From contig CAVZRV010000030.1 of assembly GCA_963777605.1 (NCBI GenBank), forward strand, positions 64,001 through 128,000: 64,000 bases of DNA, in the 5' to 3' direction. Each line of letters opens with the position of its first letter. The stretch's first letter is position 1. The translations under genes and the position numbers were made by a program. The DNA comes from an uncultured Acidobacteriota bacterium (GTDB taxonomy: Bacteria; Acidobacteriota; UBA6911; RPQK01; JAPXNP01). The notes beneath the pieces were generated by a model. The model worked only from the letters and a program-made list of their open reading frames with translations. It had not been told where the DNA came from and did no database searches. This document shows, piece after piece, positions 21,676-31,736 of the stretch.

Positions 21676-22317
21676 ATGCTGAGGGGGTGGTTGCCTATCG
21701 TGTCGTTGGCGCTGTTGTCGTTGGGCTGGCAAACGGCCTCCCAGCGGCGTGATCCGCTCGAGTACATCCGCATCATGGAGTCGGCGAACCGGGTGCGCAA
21801 GCTTCAGGTGGAGCGGGTAGTGCAGGCGCTCGACGTCAAGCCGGGTGAGGTGGTGGCTGACCTGGGTGCGGGTTCCGGACTCTTCACCCGACCGCTTGCC
21901 CGGAAGGTCGGGCCCGACGGGTTAGTCTACGCCATCGACATCGACCGTGCTCTTCTCGATCATGTCGAGGAAACGGCGCACGAGCAAAACCTTCCCAACA
22001 TCCGGACAGTGCTGGCCAGCGAATACGATCCTCGGATCCCGGAGAAAGTCGATCTGGTCCTGATCTGCGACACGCTGCACCAGATCAAGGATCCGGGCGC
22101 CTACCTGAAAGACCTGACCCGCTACCTGAAAGACTCTGCCCGGGTCGCAGTGATCGACTACGAGAAGAACTGGCCGAGCCGCCTCAATTCAGGGAAGTTC
22201 ACCGTCAAGCAGCTGGATGGCTGGATGCGTAGTGCCGGCTGCCAGCGTGACCACGTGTTCAGCTTCCTGAAGGACAACTTCTTCATCGTTTACCGGTTTC
22301 ACGCCCTGGGCAGTTGA
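21676..22317 (+). CDS. Class I SAM-dependent methyltransferase with N-terminal signal-like peptide
   Basis: VADLGAGSG and VYAIDID; hydrophobic N-terminus. Confidence 0.87.
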   Translation: MLRGWLPIVSLALLSLGWQTASQRRDPLEYIRIMESANRVRKLQVERVVQALDVKPGEVVADLGAGSGLFTRPLARKVGPDGLVYAIDIDRALLDHVEETAHEQNLPNIRTVLASEYDPRIPEKVDLVLICDTLHQIKDPGAYLKDLTRYLKDSARVAVIDYEKNWPSRLNSGKFTVKQLDGWMRSAGCQRDHVFSFLKDNFFIVYRFHALGS

Positions 22318-22339
22318 TCTCCACCGGCCCCGCCCGGCC

Positions 22340-23737
22340 TCAGATATCCGCCACGGCTCCCGGTTGCGGATAGTGGACCTGTTCGTAGCCCATGTCTTTC
22401 AAGGTCTTCTGGAACGGGACCGCCTGTTCTTCCTCACCGTGGACCAGAAAGATCTCCTTGAGTCGTTCGGTTGACTGGCACTTCACAAAGTCGAGCAGTT
22501 CCGTGCGGTCGGCGTGCGCGCTGAAGTCGTCGATTCGGATCACCCGGCACCGCACGTCATGCTCCTCGCCGAAGATCCGGACCTGCCGGTTGCCGTCCAT
22601 CAGCCGCCGCGCCAAGGTGTATTCGGCGGCATAGCCGACCAGGAGAACGACGTTTCGGGGATTCCCGATCGAGTTACGGAGGTGATGAAGGATTCGCCCT
22701 CCTTCAGCCATTCCCGACGCCGAGATGATCATGTGCGGGTACTTGAGATCGTTGAGCCGCTTCGACTCTTCCACGGTTCTGATGTACTTGAGCCTTCCGA
22801 AACCAAAGGGATCCTCGTGGTTTTCGAGGAAGACCCGCTCGGTTTCCCGGTCGAAACACTCCGGGTGACGGCGGAATGCTTCGGTGGCATTCAGCGCCAT
22901 CGGGCTGTCCACGAATACGGGCAGGTCGGGAATCCGGTTCTGGTCCCAGAGTTTGTGCAGCAGGTAGACCATAAGCTGGGTGCGGCCCACAGCGAAAGCC
23001 GGTACGACAATCTTGCCTCCGGCCTCGACGACCTCGCGTACCAGCTTGGCGAGATCCTCCATGACGTCGAGGGAGAGCCGGTGAACCCGGTCTCCGTAAG
23101 TGCTCTCCATGATCAGGTAGTCGAGGTCCCGCAGGTAGTCGGGATCCCGGATGATCGGCATTTCCTTTCGGCCGAGGTCGCCCGTGAAGCCGAGGCGGAA
23201 GGATCGGCCGCGCTCCTGGACTTCGAGGAGTATTCCGGCGGATCCCAGGATGTGACCGGCGTCCCTGAATGTTGCCGTGACTCCTGGTACGACTTCGAAC
23301 GACTCGGCGTACTGGACGGGCCGAAACGCTTCCAGGGCCTTCTCGGCGTCTTCGAGCAGGTACAGGGGCTGAATCGGCGGCTGACCTTTTCGCTTACGGA
23401 TCTTGTTGACGAACTCGACGTCCTTCTCCTGGAGAAACGCCGAGTCCCTGAGCATGATCCCGCACAGGTCAATCGTCGCATCCGTGGCGTAGATCGGCCC
23501 CCGAAAACCCTGCTTGACCAGGTTGGGGATGTTCCCGCTGTGATCGATGTGGGCGTGCGACAGCAGCAGGGCGTCGATTTCCGCCGGGTCAAACGAGAAG
23601 TTGAGGTTTCGCGTGTAGGTGTCCGAACGGCGGCCCTGGAAGAGTCCGCACTCGAGCAGGAGACGGCGCCCGTTCACGCTGAGCAGGTGCTGAGATCCGG
23701 TCACGGTGCGAGCACCGCCGAGAAAGCGAATTTTCAT
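22340..23737 (-). CDS. MBL-fold/beta-CASP ribonuclease
   Basis: GGARTVTGS, SHAHIDHSG, GHILGS, MESTYG, FSAHAD and LVHGE motifs. Confidence 0.93.
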   Translation of the reverse strand: MKIRFLGGARTVTGSQHLLSVNGRRLLLECGLFQGRRSDTYTRNLNFSFDPAEIDALLLSHAHIDHSGNIPNLVKQGFRGPIYATDATIDLCGIMLRDSAFLQEKDVEFVNKIRKRKGQPPIQPLYLLEDAEKALEAFRPVQYAESFEVVPGVTATFRDAGHILGSAGILLEVQERGRSFRLGFTGDLGRKEMPIIRDPDYLRDLDYLIMESTYGDRVHRLSLDVMEDLAKLVREVVEAGGKIVVPAFAVGRTQLMVYLLHKLWDQNRIPDLPVFVDSPMALNATEAFRRHPECFDRETERVFLENHEDPFGFGRLKYIRTVEESKRLNDLKYPHMIISASGMAEGGRILHHLRNSIGNPRNVVLLVGYAAEYTLARRLMDGNRQVRIFGEEHDVRCRVIRIDDFSAHADRTELLDFVKCQSTERLKEIFLVHGEEEQAVPFQKTLKDMGYEQVHYPQPGAVADI

Positions 23738-23820
23738 GGCCGAAACTCTATCAGACTTCGGCGACGCTGCCACTCCTGCCAGGCGTGAAGATCGGTACTG
23801 GGCCCTCGGCGGAAATCTTT

Positions 23821-25689
23821 CTACGCCAGTGACTGTCTCACCGCCTCGACAATCCGGCGGGCACTGAGCCCGTGGTAGTCGAGGAGTTCATCGGATCCAC
23901 CGGAGCGGGACAGTTCCCTGACTGCCAGGTGGGTCCAGCGGCACGGGGTGACTCCGTCCACCGCGGTTCGCACCGCTTCGCCCAGGCCCCCTTCGAGGTA
24001 GTGATCCTCCACCGTGATGATGTGACCGGTCTCGCGGGCTGCCTCGTTGAGCGTTTCCTGATCGATGGGCTTCACCGAGTAGAGGTCGATGACGCGAACC
24101 ATGAGGTTCTCTTCGGCCAGGACCTGGGAGGCCTTCAACGCCTCGTGCAGCGTCACGCCGGCTCCGACCAGGGTGGCCTTGTCGGCTGTGCTGCGCCGCA
24201 GAATCTTGCATCCGCCGACCGGGAAGGATTCGGCGTTCGGATAGATCACAGGAGTCTTGGGACGGCTGGTACGGATGTAAACGATGCCGGGAGTGGCGGC
24301 GGCCTCGGCCACGAGTCGTTCCGCGCTCACACCGTCGCTGGGGTAGAGTACGGTCGAGCCTGCCACGGCCCGCATCATGGCGAGGTCTTCCAACCCCATT
24401 TGGGAGGGGCCGTCCTCGCCGATCGAGACACCGGCATGGGAACCGCACAGTTTCAGGTTGACCTGCGAAATGGCCGACATGCGAATGATATCGTATGCCC
24501 GGGTCAGGAAGCAGGCAAAGGTGGAGGCGAAGGGGATCTTCCCCATGGCTGCCAGTCCGGCTGCCGCCCCGACCATGTTCTGCTCGGCGATGAAGCACTC
24601 GATGAATCGATCCGGGTGTTCGTTCAAGAAATCAATTGAGTAGGTGGAATTCTTGCAATCGCCGTCGAGTGCCACCACTTCGGAATTGACTCTGCCCAAC
24701 TTGGCGAGCCCACTCCCGTAAGCCTGCCGGGTGGCTACCTGCTCTCCGATTCGGTACTCGGGAGCAGGGACCTCCGCCGCACCCGAACTTTCCGTACGAG
24801 TCCCTTTTGACTCCGGTTTGGACAGGGCCAGTGGCTCAGGAAGGGGTTCATCCGGCCCGAGGTCTTCCAGGGCCTGCTTAACCTGTTCGGGGTCGGTGAC
24901 CGGCTTTCCATGCCAGCCCTCCTTATCAGCCATGAACGACACACCTTTTCCCTTGATGGTGCAGGCGATGACCGCAACCGGCTCGGAGTCATCAGCAACC
25001 GCCTCGGCAAGTGCGCCAACCACGGCACGTACATCGTGGCCGTCCACGGTTACCGTTCGCCAGCCTAAGGCACGGTATCGGTTCTCATAAACGGAGAGGT
25101 GGTGCTGGTACATGGTCGGCTCGCTCTGACCGAGCCGGTTTATGTCGACGATTGCCGTGAGGCTGCCCAGCTTGTAATGGCTGGCAAGCGCAGCCGCTTC
25201 CCAAACCGAACCTTCGGCCGACTCGCCGTCTCCCATGAGCACGAAGATTCGATTGTCGATTCCGTCCATGCGCGCCGCCAGGGCCATACCGACCCCATTT
25301 GAAAGCCCCTGTCCGAGGGAACCGGTGGCGACGTCGATGAACCGGTTGCGCGGTGTTGGGTGGCCTTCGAGTTCGCTTCCCATTTTCCGGAGAGTCAACA
25401 GTTCGTCGGTCGGGAAAGCCCCTGCCTCGGCCAAAGCGGCCCAGAGGATCGGCGCCCCGTGGCCTTTCGACAACACGAAGCGGTCGTTGGCCGGGTTCTT
25501 GGGATCGGAGAGATCGTAGCGCAGGAAGTGGAAGAATATGGTGGACATGATCTCGGCACACGAAAAGCAGGTCGATGGATGGCCGGAACCCGCTTCCGTT
25601 GTGGACAGCAGCGAGTGTCGGCGCAGCCGGTTCGCCATGATTTCGAGGGACCGGGTTTGGGCATCTGATAGGGTGCGATTTGGGCTCAT
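23821..25689 (-). CDS. tkt: Transketolase (short, animal-type single chain)
   Basis: SGHP, DRFVLSKGH, LEGHP, TGSLGQG, GDGE (ThDP), IAEQNM and GEDGPSQ motifs. Confidence 0.93.
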   Translation of the reverse strand: MSPNRTLSDAQTRSLEIMANRLRRHSLLSTTEAGSGHPSTCFSCAEIMSTIFFHFLRYDLSDPKNPANDRFVLSKGHGAPILWAALAEAGAFPTDELLTLRKMGSELEGHPTPRNRFIDVATGSLGQGLSNGVGMALAARMDGIDNRIFVLMGDGESAEGSVWEAAALASHYKLGSLTAIVDINRLGQSEPTMYQHHLSVYENRYRALGWRTVTVDGHDVRAVVGALAEAVADDSEPVAVIACTIKGKGVSFMADKEGWHGKPVTDPEQVKQALEDLGPDEPLPEPLALSKPESKGTRTESSGAAEVPAPEYRIGEQVATRQAYGSGLAKLGRVNSEVVALDGDCKNSTYSIDFLNEHPDRFIECFIAEQNMVGAAAGLAAMGKIPFASTFACFLTRAYDIIRMSAISQVNLKLCGSHAGVSIGEDGPSQMGLEDLAMMRAVAGSTVLYPSDGVSAERLVAEAAATPGIVYIRTSRPKTPVIYPNAESFPVGGCKILRRSTADKATLVGAGVTLHEALKASQVLAEENLMVRVIDLYSVKPIDQETLNEAARETGHIITVEDHYLEGGLGEAVRTAVDGVTPCRWTHLAVRELSRSGGSDELLDYHGLSARRIVEAVRQSLA

Positions 25690-25751
25690 GACCTCATTTT
25701 CTCCTGGCAGCTCTTTGAGGGGTGTGCGGTTGCGAATCCTGCAAAACCCGA

Positions 25752-25780
25752 ACTATATGAAACGTCTGAAAACCTGTCAA
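25752..25780 (-). promoter_or_regulatory. sigma70-type promoter of tkt
   Basis: TTGACA-N17-TATAGT on the minus strand, about 60 nt upstream of the tkt ATG. Confidence 0.7.
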
Positions 25781-25967
25781 TTCAGGCCGGTTAGAGTGTC
25801 GGCAGACTGGAAATCGCCGGTTCACGCTCACGGCGGCCTTCTATTCGAAGTATACGACGGGAAGACCTGATCTGCGAATCACAGGCACCCGGTTGTCATC
25901 GTCGGGCACCGGGAACCATAATTGAGGGAGTTCACGAATACAGCAACGCTTTCCTCGAGGATAGAAG

Positions 25968-28900
25968 ATGAAGCCTTCGCACATGGGCCTCTTGTTACTA
26001 ACGTTGTCTCTGCTGGTTGCAACACCCGGTGCTGCCGGTGCTCGGGAAAATACTCGACCTCGGGTCGATCGGGCAACAGACGGTGCCGTGGTGGTAGCGG
26101 GCCTGATCGGGCCAGCGACGATCGATCGGGATTCCTGGAGCATTCCTCACGTTCGCGCCGGTAACGACCGCGACGTCTACTTTGCAATGGGCTACCTCCA
26201 CGCGACAGACCGGTTCTTCCAGATGGATTACTCCCGCAGGCTCTTTTCGGGGACGCTGGCCGAGCTGGCGGGGCAGTCTGCCCTCGATTCGGATATTCAG
26301 CTCCGGACAATCGGTTTGCGAAGGGCTGCGGAGAAATCACTTCCGATTTACTCGGGTGAGGCGTTGTCGATGCTCGAGGCGTACTCCGCCGGAGTCAATG
26401 CGTGGCTTGCCGAGGCGCAGGGAAACCTGCCGCCGGAGTACCAGGAACTGGAGATCACGCAGATCCCGTCCTGGTCCCTGCTGGACACGGTGACGATCAT
26501 GAAGGGGATCGCTTTCGGGCTCTCATTCGACCTGGGGGATATTGAGCGGACCGACGATTACGAAGCCTATCTGGAAGCCGGCCAGGCCCAGGGTTTCGAC
26601 GGGAGTGCCCTCTTCTCGCAGGACCTGTTTCGCAGTGCCCCGTTCGACCCTTCAATTTCGATTCCTGACTGGTTCGAAAATGGCCAGACCCTGGTGCCGG
26701 AGCAGGCAGGCAAGACCAGCCGCCCGGAAGTGTCCCGGCGGCTGTTGTCCGATTACCTGGAACGAGTTCGGAAGATTCCCGCTCTCTCCGGTGCCCTGGA
26801 TAGAACGGAGAGGAGCCCGGGAAGCAACTTCTGGGTGATCGGCCCGGAGCACTCTGCCACGGGCCACGCCCTCTTTGCCAACGATCCCCATCTGTCACTC
26901 GGCAGCCCGGCGGTGTTCTACGAGGTTTACCTGACCGTCACGCATGATCCCGGAAGAGGGGGCATGAATGTGGGCGGAGTCTCGTTCCCGGGTGTTCCCG
27001 GGGTAGTGCAGGGTTGCAACGATCGGATTTGCTGGGGCTCGACGGTCAATCCGCTCGACGTGACCGACATCTACGAAGAGCGGCTTGCAGTTGCAGGATT
27101 TCCGCCGAAAGTGGTTGGAACGGTTTTCGGTGAACAGCTCGAGCCGGTGGTGACTATTGCCCAAACGTTTCGCGTGAACCAGACCGGCAATTTGATCGAA
27201 GACGACCTTCAGGCGGCCAAGGTCGGGTCCCTTTCGGGCGGAACCACCTACATTGTTCCCCGGCGCAACATGGGGCCGATCGTTTCTGTCGATGCCCAGA
27301 ACCTTGCCGACATCAGGGGCTTGAGCGTCCAGTACACCGGGTTGGGTGCAACCCGGGAAGGGGAGACCTTTCTCCGGCTCGCCCGGGCGCGAAATGTCAA
27401 CGATTTCAAGGAGGCTCTCCAGTATTTCGATTTCGGCTCCCAGAACTGGGGTTACGCCGACGTGGATGGGAACATTGCTTATTTCACAAGCGGAGAACTG
27501 CCGTTGCGCGAGGATCTTCAGGAGGGTGCCGTAGACGGGGCCCAGCCCTGGTTCGTCCGCGACGGAACTCACCAGGCGCACAACGAGTGGATATCGATGC
27601 AGCCAACCTCGCACCGGGAAACTCTCCAGGCGCTCGATTACGCCATTCTGCCCTTTGATGAGATGCCCCAGGTCGTGAACCCGGGACAGGGTTTTATCGC
27701 CAACGGCAATAACGATCCCGTGGGCGTTTCACTCGACAACAACGTGCTCAACGAGCTCCGCCCCGGAGGGGGGATCTTCTACCTGAACCCCGGTTTCACC
27801 AGCCTTCGCATCGGCCGGATCGACCAGATGATCCGCGAGGCGATCTCCAGCAAGCCGGAAGGATTGACGATCGCAGATCTCCAGCGCATGCAGGCCGACA
27901 ACGTCCTTCTCGACGGAGAAGTCTTCGTTCCCTACATCCTGGATGCGATGGAACGGGCCTCATCCGACGGCGTCCCGACCGAACTGGGCAGTCTGGCGGA
28001 AGACGCGGGCTTGCAGGAGGCCGTCGCCCGGCTTCGGAACTGGAGCTTCAAAACGCCGACCGGAATTCAAGCCGGCTACGACCCGGGAGACGACCCCTCG
28101 AATCTTCCCGATCCGGACGCCGAGGAGGTTGCCGACAGCATTTCGGCCACCATCTACGCGGTCTGGCGAAGCAGCTTCGTGGCGGCGACGATCGACAAGA
28201 CACTGGAGGGCCTCGGGCTGATGGACCACCGTCCCGACAGCGAGCGGTCGATGTCGGCGTTGCGGAATTTTCTGGATCACTACGACGAGTATCACGGCGT
28301 CGGCGGCTCTGGAGTTTCCTTTTTCGAAGTGGACGGGATCACCGATTCGAGTGATGCCCGCGACTACCTGATCTTGAAGAGCCTGCGCGACGCTCTCGAC
28401 CGGCTCGCCTCCTCCGAGTTCACCGAGGCTTTCGGCGGCTCCACTGACCAGGAAACCTACCGTTGGGGACGGCTCCACCGAATCCAGTTCGAACATGATC
28501 TCGGGGGTGCCTTCGACATTCCCCCGGCGGCAGGTCTCTCCAACCTGTCGGAGAATTTGCCGGGCGTCGCCCGTTCCGGAGGTTACGAAACGGTGGATGC
28601 CGCTGCCCACTCAGTGCGGGCGACGGGTTCGAACGGGTTCATGTTTGGAAGCGGCCCTGCTCGCCGGTTCGTGGGCGAGCTAAACCCTGAGAGAATTGAG
28701 GCCTACCAGGTCATTCCCGGTGGGGAGGATGGACGCCCGGATTCTGCCGGGTACGGAGCCGAGCTGGGGCTCTGGCTGACGGACCACTATCATTCGTTCG
28801 AGCTCGAGTCAGCGGGGGCGTCGAGTGCCGACCAGCTGACCCTCGTTCCATCGGGCTATCGTCTCTATTTCCCGTATTACCAGGGTGACGCCGGTTCGTT

Positions 28901-30245
28901 CACGGGATTTGCAGCGGCCAATTTTGCCGGCTCGTCGGCTGAGTTGCAATATACGGCCAGCAGTGAGGACGGGAGCCAGTCTGGGTTTCAGGAAAATCCG
29001 TCGACATCGGAGCTTTCGGACGGGACCCAGGTAGCCCGGCTCGGGAACGAGATTTTCGGCGTCCCGGCCGGCGAGGCCCAGTCGGCGTGGGTGGAACTGC
29101 TTGCGACATTTGCTACGCCTCCGGCGCAATGGCCGGCTCTTGGGAGCTTTTTCCAGGTCGGCCGGGTTGCGGGGACGGTCCGGGGTCTTGATGGGTCCGT
29201 GGCCCAGACTCAGGCCGCCAGGGAGCTCTACTTCACCCGCATTTACCAGGGGCAACAGGCGGACGGAGTGGCGCCGGTCTCAACACTGCTGTCACTTTCC
29301 AACCCATCACCGGATGAGGTGACGGCGACCATTCAGCTCTACCTGCCCGTGGTCCCGCAGGACCCGTCCGGGATGCCTCTTGCAGCGAGGCTTTACGATG
29401 AAACAAGTCGGACGATTGCGGCCCACGGGTTCATGCTTGAATCGGTGGGCGAACTCTTCGCGACCGAGGTCACCGAGGGGTATGTCAGGGTGGTCGCCTC
29501 GGGATCGGGGTTGGTTGGATTCGAGCTTGTGCAGGGCGCCGAAAGTGCCGATTTCCTGGCGTTGAACCCGGCCCTGCCGGACGGACCCAGGACACTTTAT
29601 TCGGCGCAGCTCGCCTACGGTCCTTCTCTCGACACCAGCATCAAGCTGGTCAACACGAGCGCGTTTGAACGTCATGCCACTCCCAGGGCTGTTCGGGGCG
29701 GCGGGCTTCCCGACCTTGCCGCGGATGAGGTTCAGCTGGCTCCGGGAGGGGCGGTGGAACTGCGGGCCAGCGAGCTGTTTTCCGGGCAGGCCGCGGGCGG
29801 AGCCTTCTTTACCGCGTCCCTGGTGATCGATAGTGACGGCCCGGGAGTCGTCGGCGACGTCGCTTTCGGGTCCTTCTGGTCCCTTCGGATCGGGGCGGCA
29901 TTGCCTCTCCAGATCGAGCCGACCCGTTCGGCCTTATTTGGGCACGTCGCCAGTCTGCCCGGTCAGCTGTTTACCGGTTTCGCACTCTTCAACCCAGGGG
30001 CCGAGGCGGGATTGGTGACGCTGACGATCTTCCGGGCCGATGGAAACCCGGTCGGGGAGGCGACTATTCCCGTGGGGGCGGGAGAACGAGTGTCACGTAC
30101 CGTGGCCGAGATGATCCCGGACCTTTCGGAACTGGCGGGCGGCTATGTGACGGTCGTTGCCACTGTCCCACTTGTTGCGCAGGAGTTATTCGGCGATTTT
30201 GGGCTCACGCTTCAATCCGCCGTACCCCCGACCATCGTCGAATAA
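25968..30245 (+). CDS. Secreted penicillin acylase family Ntn-hydrolase with ~460-aa C-terminal extension
   Basis: Signal peptide, IPHV.A, GYLHATDRFFQMD, GSNFW (catalytic Ser), ANDPHL, QNWGYAD and RWGRLH. Confidence 0.9.
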   Translation: MKPSHMGLLLLTLSLLVATPGAAGARENTRPRVDRATDGAVVVAGLIGPATIDRDSWSIPHVRAGNDRDVYFAMGYLHATDRFFQMDYSRRLFSGTLAELAGQSALDSDIQLRTIGLRRAAEKSLPIYSGEALSMLEAYSAGVNAWLAEAQGNLPPEYQELEITQIPSWSLLDTVTIMKGIAFGLSFDLGDIERTDDYEAYLEAGQAQGFDGSALFSQDLFRSAPFDPSISIPDWFENGQTLVPEQAGKTSRPEVSRRLLSDYLERVRKIPALSGALDRTERSPGSNFWVIGPEHSATGHALFANDPHLSLGSPAVFYEVYLTVTHDPGRGGMNVGGVSFPGVPGVVQGCNDRICWGSTVNPLDVTDIYEERLAVAGFPPKVVGTVFGEQLEPVVTIAQTFRVNQTGNLIEDDLQAAKVGSLSGGTTYIVPRRNMGPIVSVDAQNLADIRGLSVQYTGLGATREGETFLRLARARNVNDFKEALQYFDFGSQNWGYADVDGNIAYFTSGELPLREDLQEGAVDGAQPWFVRDGTHQAHNEWISMQPTSHRETLQALDYAILPFDEMPQVVNPGQGFIANGNNDPVGVSLDNNVLNELRPGGGIFYLNPGFTSLRIGRIDQMIREAISSKPEGLTIADLQRMQADNVLLDGEVFVPYILDAMERASSDGVPTELGSLAEDAGLQEAVARLRNWSFKTPTGIQAGYDPGDDPSNLPDPDAEEVADSISATIYAVWRSSFVAATIDKTLEGLGLMDHRPDSERSMSALRNFLDHYDEYHGVGGSGVSFFEVDGITDSSDARDYLILKSLRDALDRLASSEFTEAFGGSTDQETYRWGRLHRIQFEHDLGGAFDIPPAAGLSNLSENLPGVARSGGYETVDAAAHSVRATGSNGFMFGSGPARRFVGELNPERIEAYQVIPGGEDGRPDSAGYGAELGLWLTDHYHSFELESAGASSADQLTLVPSGYRLYFPYYQGDAGSFTGFAAANFAGSSAELQYTASSEDGSQSGFQENPSTSELSDGTQVARLGNEIFGVPAGEAQSAWVELLATFATPPAQWPALGSFFQVGRVAGTVRGLDGSVAQTQAARELYFTRIYQGQQADGVAPVSTLLSLSNPSPDEVTATIQLYLPVVPQDPSGMPLAARLYDETSRTIAAHGFMLESVGELFATEVTEGYVRVVASGSGLVGFELVQGAESADFLALNPALPDGPRTLYSAQLAYGPSLDTSIKLVNTSAFERHATPRAVRGGGLPDLAADEVQLAPGGAVELRASELFSGQAAGGAFFTASLVIDSDGPGVVGDVAFGSFWSLRIGAALPLQIEPTRSALFGHVASLPGQLFTGFALFNPGAEAGLVTLTIFRADGNPVGEATIPVGAGERVSRTVAEMIPDLSELAGGYVTVVATVPLVAQELFGDFGLTLQSAVPPTIVE

Positions 30246-30304
30246 TTTTCCACTGCGGCAGAGGAAACCCGGCCCATCTCGACTTAACGGTTACAATGGG
30301 AGTC

Positions 30305-31288
30305 GTGTTGAAGGACAGCTACGATAGGGAGATCAGGGACCTGCGCATCTCGGTGACCGACCGGTGCAACTTCAAGTGCTTCTATTGCAAAACGGCTGTC
30401 GGTGTGAACTACGTCGCCCGCGAGCGATTGCTGACCTACGAGGAAATCGCGAGGCTGGGCCGGCTGTTTGTTTCCCTGGGAGTGACCAAGATCCGGGTCA
30501 CCGGAGGAGAGCCCCTGCTCCGGAAGAATCTGGAGGCCCTGGTCGTGGAGCTTGCCGGGATCGAGGGTTTGCGGGACCTTGCCCTGACTACCAACGGCTT
30601 CAATTTCCACCGGCACGCCCAGGCGCTGAAGGAGGCAGGGCTGCAGCGGGTTACTATCTCACTCGATTCGCTGAACCGGGAACGATTTCGGGAGATGACC
30701 GGCAGGGACGACCTCCAGAACGTGCTCCGGAGCATCCGGGTCGCGCGCGACAGCGGCTTTCAGCCCGTGAAGGTGAACTGCGTTTTGGTTCGGGGCTGGA
30801 ACGACGACGAGTTAACCGCTTTTGCCGAACTGGCCCGGCGGGAGGGGATTGCTGTCCGCTTTATCGAGTTCATGCCGCTGGACGAAGACGAGAAATGGAC
30901 CCGGGAGCAAGTGGTTACGGGTCGGGAAATTGTCGAGAGACTTTCGGGACATTTCGAACTCGAACCGCTGGCCTCACTGAACGCGAGTGAGACGTCGGTG
31001 AATTTTGCTTTGGACGACGGCCCCGGCAGCGTGGGAGTAATCTCGACGGTTTCCGACGCTTTCTGCGGCGCCTGCAGTCGCATCCGCTTGACCGCCGACG
31101 GGAAATTGCGGACCTGCCTCTTTTCGTTGCGGGAGTACGACATCAAACTGCTGCTGCGATCCGGCGCCGGTGATCCGGGACTGATCCGGTTCATTGAAAG
31201 AACGGTCGAGAAGAAGGAAGAAGGGCACCAGATCAACCAGCCCGGTTTTGTCCCACCGTCCCGGTCGATGTCCTACATCGGGGGCTGA
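30305..31288 (+). CDS. moaA: GTP 3',8-cyclase MoaA
   Basis: LRISVTDRCNFKCFYC, RFIEFMP, FCGACSRIRLTADGKLRTCLF and C-terminal IGG. Start either GTG 30305 or ATG 30296. Confidence 0.96.
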   Translation: MLKDSYDREIRDLRISVTDRCNFKCFYCKTAVGVNYVARERLLTYEEIARLGRLFVSLGVTKIRVTGGEPLLRKNLEALVVELAGIEGLRDLALTTNGFNFHRHAQALKEAGLQRVTISLDSLNRERFREMTGRDDLQNVLRSIRVARDSGFQPVKVNCVLVRGWNDDELTAFAELARREGIAVRFIEFMPLDEDEKWTREQVVTGREIVERLSGHFELEPLASLNASETSVNFALDDGPGSVGVISTVSDAFCGACSRIRLTADGKLRTCLFSLREYDIKLLLRSGAGDPGLIRFIERTVEKKEEGHQINQPGFVPPSRSMSYIGG

Positions 31289-31379
31289 ACCGGCGAGACC
31301 ATTTTGAGATTCCTGGGCCTGCCCGTGAAACCGTCTCGGTCGAGGATGCGTCATTCACTGCAAAGGAGACTTTTGCACA

Positions 31380-31709
31380 ATGCTGACACTGACAACCAAG
31401 GCGATTGAACAGTTAAGAGAAGCTATTGCAGGCCAGGAAGTTCCGAAGGATTTCAACGGAGTCCGGGTCGCCGTCGTTGGCGGCGGTTGTTCTGGATTCC
31501 AATACGCGATGCGGCTCGAAGGCGACAGCCGCGACGGGGACCAGATCGTTGAAGTCGACGGTTTCAAGGTCTACATTGACGAGCAGAGCAGCCTCTACCT
31601 TGAGGGTGCCGAGATCGATTTCGTCGTGACCCCCCGGGGATCCGGTTTCAGGTTCAACAACCCGAACGTGACCGGTACCTGCGGCTGCGGCGAATCGTTC
31701 AAGGTCTAA
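31380..31709 (+). CDS. A-type Fe-S cluster carrier (IscA/ErpA/HesB family)
   Basis: GGGCSGFQY and NPN...CGCGESF. Confidence 0.95.
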   Translation: MLTLTTKAIEQLREAIAGQEVPKDFNGVRVAVVGGGCSGFQYAMRLEGDSRDGDQIVEVDGFKVYIDEQSSLYLEGAEIDFVVTPRGSGFRFNNPNVTGTCGCGESFKV

Positions 31710-31736
31710 TTAGCGACGGGTTTGAGGTAATCGGCG

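Noticed and set aside
22514-23788. 424-aa plus-strand ORF, and similar long antisense ORFs (52952-54259, 43554-44687, 61042-62004)
   Set aside because: They lie opposite well-supported genes and have no motifs; such shadow ORFs are expected at high GC.
30246-30304. Moco RNA motif upstream of moaA
   Set aside because: Under 60 nt are available and the -10 box abuts the start codon.
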